From contig CP147780.1 of NCBI GenBank assembly GCA_037310415.1, positions 1,408,001-1,472,000 of the forward strand: 64,000 bases of DNA. Direction: 5' to 3'. The notes beneath the pieces are model-generated. The model made no database searches. It saw only the letters and a program-made list of their open reading frames with translations, and was not told where the DNA came from. The DNA comes from Candidatus Atabeyarchaeum deiterrae (GTDB lineage Archaea; Asgardarchaeota; Atabeyarchaeia; Atabeyarchaeales; Atabeyarchaeaceae). The position numbers were made by a program, and so were the translations under genes. Below, piece by piece: positions 1 to 10,318 of the stretch; positions within the stretch are counted from its first letter, which is position 1; each line of letters starts with the position of its first letter.

Positions 1-922
1 GACCTGCCATCTTTAGAGCTTTCTGACTTGCGGGAACATTTCCCTTACCCATAATAAACGGTTCTACACCTGCCCACCCCATGGACTTTATGCTTGCCAA
101 GGGTTTTATCCCGTAATCGTCAGCCTTCTCCCTTGACATTAAGATGACAGCGGAAGCTCCTGCGTTCAGTGGCGATGAATTCCCGGCTGTTATTACGCCG
201 GTCTTTTTGAAAACCGGTTGTAGTTGTCGCAGTGCTTCAATTGTTGTGTCTGATCGGATGCTGAGGTCACGATCCACCGTCTCCGTAGATCCGTCTGAGG
301 ACTTCACCTGGACGGGCATAAGCTCGTCTTTGAAGTATCCTTCGCCAAGCGCTTTGGCGGCTTTCTGATGGGATGCCAAGGCAAACTCATCCATTTCTTC
401 TCGTGTGAATTTTCGTTCCACAGTCGCGAGTTTCTCTGCTGTCTGTCCCATGACGAAACCCGTCTGCATATCATACTTGGCTTGCTTCAAGACGTTCAAG
501 TTAGGCAGAAAATGTGGATTGTCAGCCATGGGCACATGTGTCATGTGTTCCATTCCTGCAGCAATCACAATGTCTGAGTTGCCTGTCTGGATTTCCATTG
601 TGCCATTGTGTATTGCAGTCATTGATGAACCGCATTGTCGGTCAACTTGTGTGGCAGGCACATGAACGGAAAGTCCTGCCAATATCGGTATTATTCTTCC
701 ACCATAAAGCCACTGTTCAGCGACTCCCAGAGCGCAACCCGTGATGCAGTCTCCTATCTCTTCTTGGTTTAATCTGTTCCTTTCAACTAGCGTCTTTACC
801 AGTCTAGCGCATAACTCATCCATCCGATACTGATTGAACTTATCTTTCTCAGGCTCCTTCGGTCGGGACCTTGAGAAAGGTGTCCTCAAATAGTCAGCTA
901 TCACGACTTCCTTCATTCTCAT
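1..922 (-). CDS. Acetyl-CoA acyltransferase (thiolase); 3' end runs off the window
   Basis: Not in the ORF track. Manual reverse translation gives MRMKEVVIADYLRTPFSRS...QVDRQCGSSM (catalytic Cys)...AAGMEHM...ITAGNSSPLNAGA. ATG at 922 or 916. Confidence 0.92.
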   Translation of the reverse strand, partial: MRMKEVVIADYLRTPFSRSRPKEPEKDKFNQYRMDELCARLVKTLVERNRLNQEEIGDCITGCALGVAEQWLYGGRIIPILAGLSVHVPATQVDRQCGSSMTAIHNGTMEIQTGNSDIVIAAGMEHMTHVPMADNPHFLPNLNVLKQAKYDMQTGFVMGQTAEKLATVERKFTREEMDEFALASHQKAAKALGEGYFKDELMPVQVKSSDGSTETVDRDLSIRSDTTIEALRQLQPVFKKTGVITAGNSSPLNAGASAVILMSREKADDYGIKPLASIKSMGWAGVEPFIMGKGNVPASQKALKMAG

Positions 923-1138
923 CCTACCCTTGCATGTGATTGGATTGTTCAGTTCACTATGAATAACGAACTTACCCAAATATATCTGATGTTTGTTTGC
1001 ATTTCGTTCATCGCTCCGCTTAATGGCTTATCTACTCGATTTCAATCACTCAGATCGCAAAGGATTTTAAGAACCTCTTCTATAGATTGAAAGGTAGACC
1101 TGTAGAAATAGTCTAAATTGCGAGGCAGATGATCAACA

Positions 1139-2635
1139 GTGGCTGATGTGGAGAATAGAATCCGCAAGTTCACGAAGCAAACTTGGCTCAAAATACAGCC
1201 CTATATCTTCATCATCTTGATGGTCATCGTCATTGCAATCCCGCTATTGATTGGCGGCGACGCAACTCTAGCGATCATCGTCTCAATAACCCTTGTTACA
1301 TACGCGCTGATTGCGACTGAAAAAATGCACAAGACATTAGCCGCCTTAGGTGGAGCAATATCAACTTTGCTCGCTTTGAGAATGACTGGCATAATGCCTG
1401 ACTTGTCAGAGGCTTTGGTGAAATTCGTCGATTGGGAAGTCATCCTCATCATAATAACAGTTGCTATAATCTCTGAGATAGCAAAAGACTCTGGCTTGTT
1501 TGACTACATAACAATAAAGATAATCAAGAAAAGTAGGGGCGAGCCGACAAAGCTACTTCTTTACCTCTCTCTTCTCATGCTTCTTCTCTCAGCGCTTCTG
1601 GGCGATGTTCCAGCGTTTATGATACTTTGCACCATTACCATAATGGTTACAAAAGGACTAGATCTAAACCCCGTTCCATTCATAATGACTGAGATCATTG
1701 TTGCTAATGCCACAGCAATGATTTCCGTTGTCGCAAGCTTCGTCAACCTGCTGGTTGCTGGTTACTTCAATATGAATCCTGCACAATACCTTTCATACGT
1801 TGGTTTCATTGCGATTGGTGCTCCTTTTGCACTCATGACAATGGCAATCACATTCCTCTATGTGAGGCGGTACTACCGCAAAGACATGAGCAGAAAAGAA
1901 GCCGACAAAGCTTACGTTGAAAAACTCAGAAAGTCGATTATGACGCTCAACGAGAAAGAGTTCGTTAAAGACCCAAAGTTCTTCAGAAACTCGGCAGCGA
2001 TATTGATCTTCACACTCGCTCTCTTTGCCCTGTCATCTTTCATGGGGATTCCGTTCTACCTTGTTGGGTTGATTGGCGCTTTCGCATTCATCTTCATGTC
2101 AGGCATCGATCCCATTGACGCTTTTCACAGAGTCGACTGGAGCCTAATATTCTTCTTAATGGGACTGTTTATCGTTGTAGGAGGTCTAAACGAGACAGGT
2201 CTGCTGGCGGCAGCCGGCGGGGCAATAGCCGCGCTTTCAGGTGGAAGTCTTGTTGTTCTGATAGTGGTGATATCATTGTTCGCTGGAACTATCTCAGGGT
2301 TCTTGGATGACGTTTCAGTCACAACGGCTCTGATATACGTCGTGCCCGGAATAATGCTTGCCCTTGGAGTATCACCTTCAGCAATGTCTCAGTCGCCAGT
2401 GCTTACGCCAGTGCTTTGGTCGATCATGATTAGTGCAAACCTCGGTGGAAACCTTAGTCCTATAGGAGGAGTGGCTAACATAATAGGTATCACAGCTCTC
2501 CAAAAGGCAGGAATGAAGCAAGGCTGGAAGCAGTTCTTCAAAGTGAGCATACCGCTCACATACTTGTTCTTAGGGATGACAATCTTGTACATAGTGGGGC
2601 TTTCGGCAATCTTGGGCTGGTATAGAATCATTTAG
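1139..2635 (+). CDS. ArsB/NhaD/P-permease (ion transporter superfamily) membrane transporter
   Basis: Many TM segments; two-fold repeat with VDWEVI/VDWSLI, SALLGDV/SGFLDDV and ANLGGNLSPIGGVANII motifs. Confidence 0.85.
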   Translation: MADVENRIRKFTKQTWLKIQPYIFIILMVIVIAIPLLIGGDATLAIIVSITLVTYALIATEKMHKTLAALGGAISTLLALRMTGIMPDLSEALVKFVDWEVILIIITVAIISEIAKDSGLFDYITIKIIKKSRGEPTKLLLYLSLLMLLLSALLGDVPAFMILCTITIMVTKGLDLNPVPFIMTEIIVANATAMISVVASFVNLLVAGYFNMNPAQYLSYVGFIAIGAPFALMTMAITFLYVRRYYRKDMSRKEADKAYVEKLRKSIMTLNEKEFVKDPKFFRNSAAILIFTLALFALSSFMGIPFYLVGLIGAFAFIFMSGIDPIDAFHRVDWSLIFFLMGLFIVVGGLNETGLLAAAGGAIAALSGGSLVVLIVVISLFAGTISGFLDDVSVTTALIYVVPGIMLALGVSPSAMSQSPVLTPVLWSIMISANLGGNLSPIGGVANIIGITALQKAGMKQGWKQFFKVSIPLTYLFLGMTILYIVGLSAILGWYRII

Positions 2636-2797
2636 GAAAACGAAAAGGGGATATCATCAGATTATGTGAAAGAACTAACAATCTCGGTTCTATGCTGAGC
2701 CGTTTAGTTGAAAAGGGATAATCAGCGAATAGTTTTTTACTCCATGTCGTGCCTTTGTTACTGGTGAATCAATACAGACATTGGTGAGAACTGATTT

Positions 2798-3337
2798 ATG
2801 GTGGTTCCAGTAGACTCAAGCAGAATCCGCAAAGAGATAGCAAAGAAGTACGAATCAGATCCGAAGAACTGGCGTCTACTGTGGAGCATCGATAAGAAAG
2901 GACACTATGATTTCTTAGTGGCAAAGGATTCAGACTCGTGGTGGTTGAAGGAGGCTCCGATAAACCCTCTCTTGAGCGTGGGTTGTGGGGTAAAGCATAG
3001 CTTGGGAGAAGACTCAATCAACAGGATCTTCAGTGAAGAGAGAACTACGATTCCTTTCGGACTTCGCCCTGTTCAAGAGAGCCAGTTGAGTAAGATAATA
3101 ACTGCGTTAGCGAACAACGAGGGTCCCCCCGTTTCCATCTTTGAGATTTTGCGCTCTGAACCCAAAACACTGAGAGACATCGAAACTCCATTCTTGATGC
3201 AAGGCCCAATCCAACACGTTCCAAAGCTCACAGACCTATTGTCAGACAAGCAGAGAGAATTGGATGCCAAGCTGAGTTCAGCATTGAAAAAGATGGTTCT
3301 CAGACGTTATCCACAACTATTAATGTCCTATACATAA
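2798..3337 (+). CDS. Archaeal hypothetical protein
   Basis: 179-aa ORF with a GGTGA SD motif and a T-rich tract downstream; no recognisable catalytic motif. Confidence 0.75.
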   Translation: MVVPVDSSRIRKEIAKKYESDPKNWRLLWSIDKKGHYDFLVAKDSDSWWLKEAPINPLLSVGCGVKHSLGEDSINRIFSEERTTIPFGLRPVQESQLSKIITALANNEGPPVSIFEILRSEPKTLRDIETPFLMQGPIQHVPKLTDLLSDKQRELDAKLSSALKKMVLRRYPQLLMSYT

Positions 3338-3492
3338 CATGCTTCTTTTCCTTCCACTTTCCTAGAATATGCTCATCTTGTCGTTGCCTGCCAAAGCATT
3401 TCTCAAGCAAGTCACGAAACGAAATGCTTATGAATCGGGTCACCAACTCTTAATCGATTCAACAACCGTTAGTTTTCTGAGGTGTTAGCAAA

Positions 3493-4449
3493 ATGCCACT
3501 GTCGCTCAAAGGAAAAGTAGCCATAGTAACCGGAGCTGGAAGAGGTCTGGGTAGAGAAGAAGCATTGCTTCTAGCAAAGCACGGAGCGAAGGTCCTTGTT
3601 AATGACATGGGCGGAGCTACCGATGGAAAAGGTCAATTCAAAGGCCCTGCTGACGATGTAGTTAAAGAGATCAGGGCCATGGGCGGCGAAGCAGCATCCA
3701 ATTACGAGAGCGTTACCAACTTCGAAGCGGCAAAAAGGATAATAGACCAAGCCATTAGCCAATTCGGGAAACTAGACATTCTGGTCAATAATGCTGGAAT
3801 TCTCAGAGACAAAATGATATTCAACATGGAGGAAGAGGAATTCGATTCGGTAATAGCTGTGCATCTCAAAGGAACCTTTAACTGCAGTAGACATGCATGC
3901 GGCTATTGGAGAAACGAATCAAAGGCAGGGAAACCAGTAGCTGGGAGAATAATAAACACGGCCTCCGATGCTGGGCTACTTTACAATCCTGGTCAAAGCA
4001 ACTATGGAGCAGCAAAAGCGGGAATAGCAGCCTTCACACTCGTCGTGGCAAAAGAAATGGAGAAATACGGCGTAACGGCAAACGTGGCTGTGCCAGTGGC
4101 CAGAACGCGTCTAACAACCGAAGCTACCCCTTCATTGGCACCCATGATGGGAACTAAGGAGGAGTTCGAGAAGAAGTATGGATACGATGTGCTGGGACCA
4201 GAAATGATGGCCCCACTCGTTGTTTACCTAGCTTCAGACGATGCAAAGGGTATAACAGGTCAAGTAATAAGAGTAGTCGGCGGCAACCTGTGGCTTATGC
4301 AAAGCTGGCAGTCGGGTCAACCAATGAAACGCAGTCCGCCGGGTAAATGGAACCCTGAAGAGATAGGACCTATACTGAAACAACTCGTGTCAAAGGCTTC
4401 GAAAAGAGAAGAACTTGCGGGAGTCATAATGAGTGTGCTGAAGAAGTAA
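3493..4449 (+). CDS. Short-chain dehydrogenase/reductase (hydroxyacyl-CoA dehydrogenase / MFE-2-like)
   Basis: TGAGRGLG, VNDMG, NNAGILRD and catalytic YGAAK motifs; GAGGTG SD. Confidence 0.92.
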   Translation: MPLSLKGKVAIVTGAGRGLGREEALLLAKHGAKVLVNDMGGATDGKGQFKGPADDVVKEIRAMGGEAASNYESVTNFEAAKRIIDQAISQFGKLDILVNNAGILRDKMIFNMEEEEFDSVIAVHLKGTFNCSRHACGYWRNESKAGKPVAGRIINTASDAGLLYNPGQSNYGAAKAGIAAFTLVVAKEMEKYGVTANVAVPVARTRLTTEATPSLAPMMGTKEEFEKKYGYDVLGPEMMAPLVVYLASDDAKGITGQVIRVVGGNLWLMQSWQSGQPMKRSPPGKWNPEEIGPILKQLVSKASKREELAGVIMSVLKK

Positions 4450-4456
4450 GGCTACC

Positions 4457-4476
4457 AATTTCTCTCTTTTTTCTTA
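4457..4476 (+). terminator. Archaeal pyrimidine/oligo-T terminator-like tract
   Basis: aatttctctcttttttctta directly after the SDR stop codon. Confidence 0.45.
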
Positions 4477-4606
4477 GTTCAAATCTAGCTTTTCTGTCAA
4501 GGAACACTCGTCTCGCTATAGTGTTAAATACTTTTGATCCTCCTCACTCTTCAATGCTGAGAACGCCATATTGCGCAGCGACCGGCACTGGAGAGATCAT
4601 GCCATC

Positions 4607-7225
4607 ATGCCTCTGAGCGTTTGGTTTGCAAGACGATACTTCTCAAGAAGAAAGCTCCGAAACGCTCTCATCATCGTGGCGGTGACGCTCTCGGTCACCA
4701 TGCTTGTAAGCTCAAACATCGCTACTCAGAGCATCTCAAACCAGGTTGTGACAACGACAAACACCATCGGGGACGACATTGACTTGGCAATACAGAAGGT
4801 GACAGGCGAGCCTTTCAACCAGTCACTAGTCAATGTTGTTATGAGCGAACCCTTCATAATGACTCATGGCGGGATAGTGGCGCCGCGACTCACGGGGAAG
4901 TGTATCATGTCTGGCAATATGCCTCCAACAGTCGCAAGTGTTGTTGGCGTAGACCCTGTCGCAGAAGATCGCTTCGGTTCTTCGAACACGTCTTTTTACC
5001 AACTCAGCGTCAGCAATACCAGCATGATATCCACAGATGAACTTGCCAGAGCCTATGGTATCACGTTAGGGTCGAGTATCAAGCTTGGACTTACTCTTGC
5101 GAATGGAACGCAGAGATATTCCGTCTTCAATGTGACGTCTATAGCGCACGTCGAAAAAAAGGGTTACACATCAGCGCTGATAATTAACATCAGCGCAGCG
5201 CAATGGCTTTTCGCAACCCCAAATGAGATAAGCATAATCGTCGTAAAACTGTCCAGCGCCCAAAGCGCGGTCGGTGGTAGGGATGCTCTCCGCGAGTCTC
5301 TCAGCCCATATCCGGAAATGGATGTGGTTGCTCCCAAAGAGCAAATGATTTCCGACACGTTCAGACTCGTTTATGGGTTCAGCATAGGTCTCAATGCTGT
5401 AGCGGCAATCAGCTTAATGGCCTCGGTCATTTTGACTGCCAACTGTCTTCTGATGGCTGCTGATGAGAGAAGGAAAGAGATGGGAGTGCTTCGCGCAGTT
5501 GGCGCGTCGAGAAGCTCACTTTTCAAGATCTTTGTCTTAGAAGCGGCGATCCAAGGGTCAATAGGTGGTGGGCTCGGGGTTGTATTGGGCGTTTTTTCCT
5601 CAACAGCAATGGCTTTTATTGTCAGCACAATCGTGGGATATCAACCCGCTTACCTTGTCATCACAACCCAAGTCATGCTGTACGGTTTCATTACCGGTGT
5701 TGCTGTGGCGATAATTGGCTCTCTATATCCTGCATTCGTGGCCTCAGTAACTCCAGCTGCAAGAGCAATGAGACTCCGAATGAGCGCTGTAAGTGAGAGT
5801 AGAAGGTCGATGATTCTTGCGCTAGTTGGTCTATCATTTGTACTGGTAGGCGTCTATGGTGCTTTGAATGCCGCAAGCTGGGTTGTGGAGATAGGCTCGG
5901 TTTTACTCATGATCTTGGGTAGTGTGTCTATCGTCTCAGGTCTAGTACGACAAGTAGTTCGCACAATTGGACTAGCAGCGAAACCTTTACTTCGGGCAAA
6001 CCATACTGTAACGGTTCGCAACGCTGGAAGAAACAGAAGAAGAACATCCCTTACAATAGGAATGGTCTCCATAGGACTCACATTCGTTATCTTCATCGGA
6101 AGCATCCAAGGTAGTCTCACCTATGGACTCAATGACTTCCTCTATCGTCAACTCGGAGCAGACGTGATGATTAGTCCAAAGAACACTCCTATTAACATCA
6201 CGAACATTGAAGGACTGGGTTCAGTTGAAGGAGTCTCACATTTCTCCTATTGCGAGTTCTACGTGCGAATAATCGGACCATCTGGCAGCTCAGTGACGGG
6301 CAACAATGTGACCGCCATTGCCGGAATAGACACTGACACATTCCCGTTGGTATCATCAATTGACCTAAGACCGCCAGGACCAACCGACGTAGACCGTGTG
6401 ATGAACATGCTATCAGCGAATAACAATACGATCGTTCTGACAACCAAGATAGCCGCTGCCCTTGGAGTGACAGTCGGTGATAATGTGACCGTACCTCGAC
6501 CTGACGCCCTGGGGTTCGTTAACTTCACAGTGATAGCACTATCGTTTGGTTCTGGATTTGTTAAGTACGGAACCATAACACTTGACACGACTTCACTCGT
6601 GAGTTTCAAATCGCTGCGAAACTATTTCAACATCCCTGATGCTGTCGGTCCAATACCCGCTATGTCAAACACTGAGGGGCTAATTCTTGTCAAAATCGCT
6701 AGAGGGGAAAAACCGAACGATGTTGCGGAGCGAATAATGAGTTCCGGTCAGCTGGGATCGCCGAGCAACCTTAACATATTGACATCGGAATCCATTGTAG
6801 CAGCCTTCAGAACCTCGCTGGCCGAGATAGTGGCTCTGTTTCAAATGCTGCTAGCCGTGTCCCTAATCATAGCTCTCTTGGGTCTTTCAACAACAATGCT
6901 TATGTCAGTAATGGAAAGACGGCGCGAAATGGGAATTCTCAGAGCAATCGGAATGAGCAAAAGCGAGACTCTACGTGCAGTACTTGGAGAATCGCTAATC
7001 CTTGGTCTTGCAGGGCTCCTGATGGGATTCATTAATGCTCTCCTATTGACTTGGATCTTTCTCACAGCCGTCCAGTATTATGGATTCTACCTGCCTTTCA
7101 TCTTCCCCGCATGGGAAGTATTAAGCGCGGCAATTTTGACAATAATGATAAGCATGATAAGTGGAGCGTACCCTGCGCGACTCACATCAAAACTTAAAAT
7201 AGTTGATGCGATAAAATACGAATAG
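4607..7225 (+). CDS. FtsX/MacB-type ABC transporter permease (duplicated)
   Basis: Two ERR(K/R)EMG(V/I)LRA(V/I)G FtsX motifs and two extracytoplasmic MacB-like domains. ORF track starts at 4571; ATG 4607 is more likely. Confidence 0.9.
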   Translation: MPLSVWFARRYFSRRKLRNALIIVAVTLSVTMLVSSNIATQSISNQVVTTTNTIGDDIDLAIQKVTGEPFNQSLVNVVMSEPFIMTHGGIVAPRLTGKCIMSGNMPPTVASVVGVDPVAEDRFGSSNTSFYQLSVSNTSMISTDELARAYGITLGSSIKLGLTLANGTQRYSVFNVTSIAHVEKKGYTSALIINISAAQWLFATPNEISIIVVKLSSAQSAVGGRDALRESLSPYPEMDVVAPKEQMISDTFRLVYGFSIGLNAVAAISLMASVILTANCLLMAADERRKEMGVLRAVGASRSSLFKIFVLEAAIQGSIGGGLGVVLGVFSSTAMAFIVSTIVGYQPAYLVITTQVMLYGFITGVAVAIIGSLYPAFVASVTPAARAMRLRMSAVSESRRSMILALVGLSFVLVGVYGALNAASWVVEIGSVLLMILGSVSIVSGLVRQVVRTIGLAAKPLLRANHTVTVRNAGRNRRRTSLTIGMVSIGLTFVIFIGSIQGSLTYGLNDFLYRQLGADVMISPKNTPINITNIEGLGSVEGVSHFSYCEFYVRIIGPSGSSVTGNNVTAIAGIDTDTFPLVSSIDLRPPGPTDVDRVMNMLSANNNTIVLTTKIAAALGVTVGDNVTVPRPDALGFVNFTVIALSFGSGFVKYGTITLDTTSLVSFKSLRNYFNIPDAVGPIPAMSNTEGLILVKIARGEKPNDVAERIMSSGQLGSPSNLNILTSESIVAAFRTSLAEIVALFQMLLAVSLIIALLGLSTTMLMSVMERRREMGILRAIGMSKSETLRAVLGESLILGLAGLLMGFINALLLTWIFLTAVQYYGFYLPFIFPAWEVLSAAILTIMISMISGAYPARLTSKLKIVDAIKYE

Positions 7226-7279
7226 GAAAACAAACTTCCAGTGGCTGAGATGCGTCGTTTCCCTTTAGAGGTGAAGCAT

Positions 7280-8329
7280 ATGTCACTTAATGCTCTCATA
7301 ACAGCGCCCTTTAGCAAAGAAGGTATTACTGCGCTGAAAAGACACATGAAAGTGACCTATGAAAACTGGCGGGTCACCAACAAGATCTATACCGATTCGA
7401 GAGAGTTAGCAGATCGAATTCAACGTGGTGCGTTCAATGTGCTGATTGTTGAAGGTGACCAAGTCGACGAGGAACTAATCAACAAGTGCAACTTGAAGAT
7501 AATTGCAAGCTGCCGAGGAAACCCCATCAATATAGATGTTGACGCGGCTACGAAGAAGAACATCCCTGTGATATACACTCCAGGAAGAAATGCTGACGCC
7601 GTCGCCGACATGGCAATCGCATTGATGTTGGCCCAAGCAAGACATATCACAGAAGCCGACAGAGCTCTAAAATCGGGTAAGATCAAAGTGGAGAGCGAGG
7701 AAGAGCTTACGAGTTTACTGGATCGATTCTCAGGAGCGGAGTTAGGGCTTAGAATCGTTGGAATCATCGGATTTGGTGCAATAGGCTACAGGGTTGCCAA
7801 AAGGCTGACTGGTTTTGGTTCTAAAATACTCATCTACGATCCATACGTGAAGAGCACCGATCCACGAGTCAAAGAAGTAAGAGGCAAGCTTGTCAGAAAA
7901 CTTGAACAATTGATGAGGGAATCAGACTTTGTCACTCTCCACGTCGCAGCCGTTCCTGAGGCAGATAAACTCATATCCAAAGAGCTAATCGGCTTAATGA
8001 AGCCAACAGCATACTTCATCAATACCGCTCGAGCTTTCATAACGGATGAAGATGCACTCTACGATGCCCTGAAAGAGAAACGAATAGCCGGCGCCGGGCT
8101 CGATGTATTCATATCAGAACCTGTAGAGTCAAACAATAGATTCCTACCATTGGACAACGTCACGGTCACACCTCACACGGGTGGTGACACGGTCGACGTA
8201 GTTATGCACCATTCAGATATGATAGTAGCCGACATCGAACGCCTAATCAAGGGCAAGAAACCAGACTACTTGAAGAACCCCCAGGTGCTTGCCAGACAGA
8301 AGGTCAAGAGGGGGAGCAAAAAGAATTGA
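7280..8329 (+). CDS. D-isomer-specific 2-hydroxyacid dehydrogenase (SerA-like)
   Basis: PGRNADAVA, GIIGFGAIG, INTARA, LDVF..EP and TPH motifs; GAGGTGA SD before ATG 7280. Confidence 0.92.
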   Translation: MSLNALITAPFSKEGITALKRHMKVTYENWRVTNKIYTDSRELADRIQRGAFNVLIVEGDQVDEELINKCNLKIIASCRGNPINIDVDAATKKNIPVIYTPGRNADAVADMAIALMLAQARHITEADRALKSGKIKVESEEELTSLLDRFSGAELGLRIVGIIGFGAIGYRVAKRLTGFGSKILIYDPYVKSTDPRVKEVRGKLVRKLEQLMRESDFVTLHVAAVPEADKLISKELIGLMKPTAYFINTARAFITDEDALYDALKEKRIAGAGLDVFISEPVESNNRFLPLDNVTVTPHTGGDTVDVVMHHSDMIVADIERLIKGKKPDYLKNPQVLARQKVKRGSKKN

Positions 8330-8359
8330 GGCAGAAGGAAACAAAGGTGGACTGTCAAT

Positions 8360-9904
8360 TTGCCAAATGAGTATCTTATGGGCATAGATTTCGGGACCAG
8401 TGGCGGAAAATGCCTCATCACAAACCTCAAAGGTATTCAAGTTTCGAGAACCTTCAAAGAGTGGTGGTACCACACTCCTGAAGAAATCAAGCCCTACGGA
8501 AAAGAATTCAATGCAGATCAGTTCTGGCAATACATCTGTGAAACAACCAATGAGGCAATCCACAAGGCTAAGATAAGTGGCTCCAAGGTTGTAGGAGTGA
8601 GTACCTCAAGCCTTCGCCAGGGGATAGTTCTACTCGATGGGGATGGTAAGGAACTCTATGCTGGACCGAACATCGATGCAAGGGGAGCTTTGGCTCAGGA
8701 CAAGATAACGAGCACACTAGGGGAACCAGGTCTGTTTGAAATCACAGGGCAGTGCCCTGCAGTGATTTGTGCTCCCTCAAGACTTCTTTGGTTCAAAGAG
8801 AATAAGCCGGAAATCTACGAGAAGATTAGACACATGTTGATGATAAGCGACTGGGTTGTCTACAGGCTGAGTGGGGTCTACGCGTCTGATCTCTCCTGTG
8901 CCTCATCCTCAATGTTGCTCGATCTTGAGAAGGCTGACTGGTCGACTAAAATATCTGAAGAACTCGAGTTGCCCCACGAGATACTTCCAAGACTATACCT
9001 GTCTGGACAGAAAGTTGGCGAGGTAACTAAGCAAGCATCAAAAGAGACGGGTATAGCTGAAGGAACGCCTGTCGTGATGGGTGGTGCTGATTCGCAGTTG
9101 GGATTGCTTGGCACAGAGTCAGTTGAACAGTATGACACAACGGTCATAGGTGGAACAACCTCAATGCTCCAGACGGTGCTCTCGAAGCCAGTGATTGACA
9201 CCGAGAGACGAATACTCACAAGTTGCCATGTCATCAAAGGCAAGTGGGTTTTGGAAGCGAATGCAGGTATGACGGGAAAAGTCTACAGGTGGCTCAGAGA
9301 TTCGCTCAACAAGGTGCGCGGTACTGAGGAGCAAAGCCCGAAAGGTCATGAGCTGGACTATCGAGAAATGGATCGATTGGCCTCACAGGTGCCTGCTGGT
9401 TCAGATGACACGTTTGCTTTTCTTGGCTCAGAAGTAATGGATCTGAAGAAGTATGATGTAATCAGACCAGGGGTATTCTTGTTTCCACCTCCGGCGAATC
9501 CTATAACTGCAGCGCCAATCGACGCTCGGCATATGATAAGATCTGTCTTGGAAATGATGGCTTACGCCATACATGGTAACCAGATGACAATTGAAGATGT
9601 CTTGAAGAGGGAATTGGAGCTGATCAGAGCAACGGGAGGTCTTTCCATGGGCAGAATATGGGTGCAGACCATCTCTGACGTTTCAGGAAAACCCGTCGAG
9701 ACGTTCAAAGTCAAGGAAGGGAGCCTCATGGGATGTGCCATATGCGCGGCCACTGGAATAAACGAGTTCAAGAGCCTTGAGGAAGCGGCCAAGAGCATGG
9801 TTCAGCTTGAGGAGAGGTTGTTGCCCGATAGTGAGGCGCATGAGGCGTATGAGGGCTACTACTCTCGATGGAGAGAATACTACGATAAGATCGCAAACCT
9901 GTAG
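8360..9904 (+). CDS. FGGY-family carbohydrate kinase, LsrK (AI-2 kinase)-like
   Basis: GIDFGTSGGK, SSLRQGIVLLD..G..LYAGPNIDAR, GGADSQ and TGG motifs. Confidence 0.88.
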   Translation: MPNEYLMGIDFGTSGGKCLITNLKGIQVSRTFKEWWYHTPEEIKPYGKEFNADQFWQYICETTNEAIHKAKISGSKVVGVSTSSLRQGIVLLDGDGKELYAGPNIDARGALAQDKITSTLGEPGLFEITGQCPAVICAPSRLLWFKENKPEIYEKIRHMLMISDWVVYRLSGVYASDLSCASSSMLLDLEKADWSTKISEELELPHEILPRLYLSGQKVGEVTKQASKETGIAEGTPVVMGGADSQLGLLGTESVEQYDTTVIGGTTSMLQTVLSKPVIDTERRILTSCHVIKGKWVLEANAGMTGKVYRWLRDSLNKVRGTEEQSPKGHELDYREMDRLASQVPAGSDDTFAFLGSEVMDLKKYDVIRPGVFLFPPPANPITAAPIDARHMIRSVLEMMAYAIHGNQMTIEDVLKRELELIRATGGLSMGRIWVQTISDVSGKPVETFKVKEGSLMGCAICAATGINEFKSLEEAAKSMVQLEERLLPDSEAHEAYEGYYSRWREYYDKIANL

Positions 9905-9934
9905 AAATAAGCCATGTCAGGCGAAGTTGTCTGT

Positions 9935-10220
9935 CTATGCCGAGTGAACCGGAATTGCTTTCTAGGGGGCATAAATCCGCGCATATTCCGCAACCGTTGC
10001 ACTGTTCCAAGAACCGAGGCTTTGTATTCCACGATCGCGGAGGATCGTTGGATTCTCCGGGCGCTTTTCTCGGTAATTCGCGGAGTGAGTACCACTTGAT
10101 TTTTTTCCCATGCTCGACTCGACTTGCACAAATCTGAATTCTCCGACTGAGAGTGCTCTGAGGGTAAGTGAAGTGTATCTTGCTATCGTTCTATCAAATC
10201 CTTCTTCATTTTGGCTGAAA
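9935..10220 (-). pseudogene. Degraded remnant of a gene with a C-terminal 4Fe-4S ferredoxin domain (possibly the PreA/dihydropyrimidine dehydrogenase C-terminus)
   Basis: Reverse strand reads ..VEYKASV/LEQCNGCGICADLCPLE/AIPVHSA* across two frameshifts; CxxCxxCxxxCP motif intact; no valid start or SD. Confidence 0.6.
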
Positions 10221-10318
10221 GGGATCAGGAGCGATAGGAGTCGAAGTAATGTGCAGCAAAGCTTTTCTATCAATACATGACATAAATGGAAACCAAAATC
10301 AGAGTTTTGGGGATGTGA

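Noticed and set aside
144-744. Several short plus-strand ORFs
   Set aside because: They are antisense shadows of the minus-strand thiolase.
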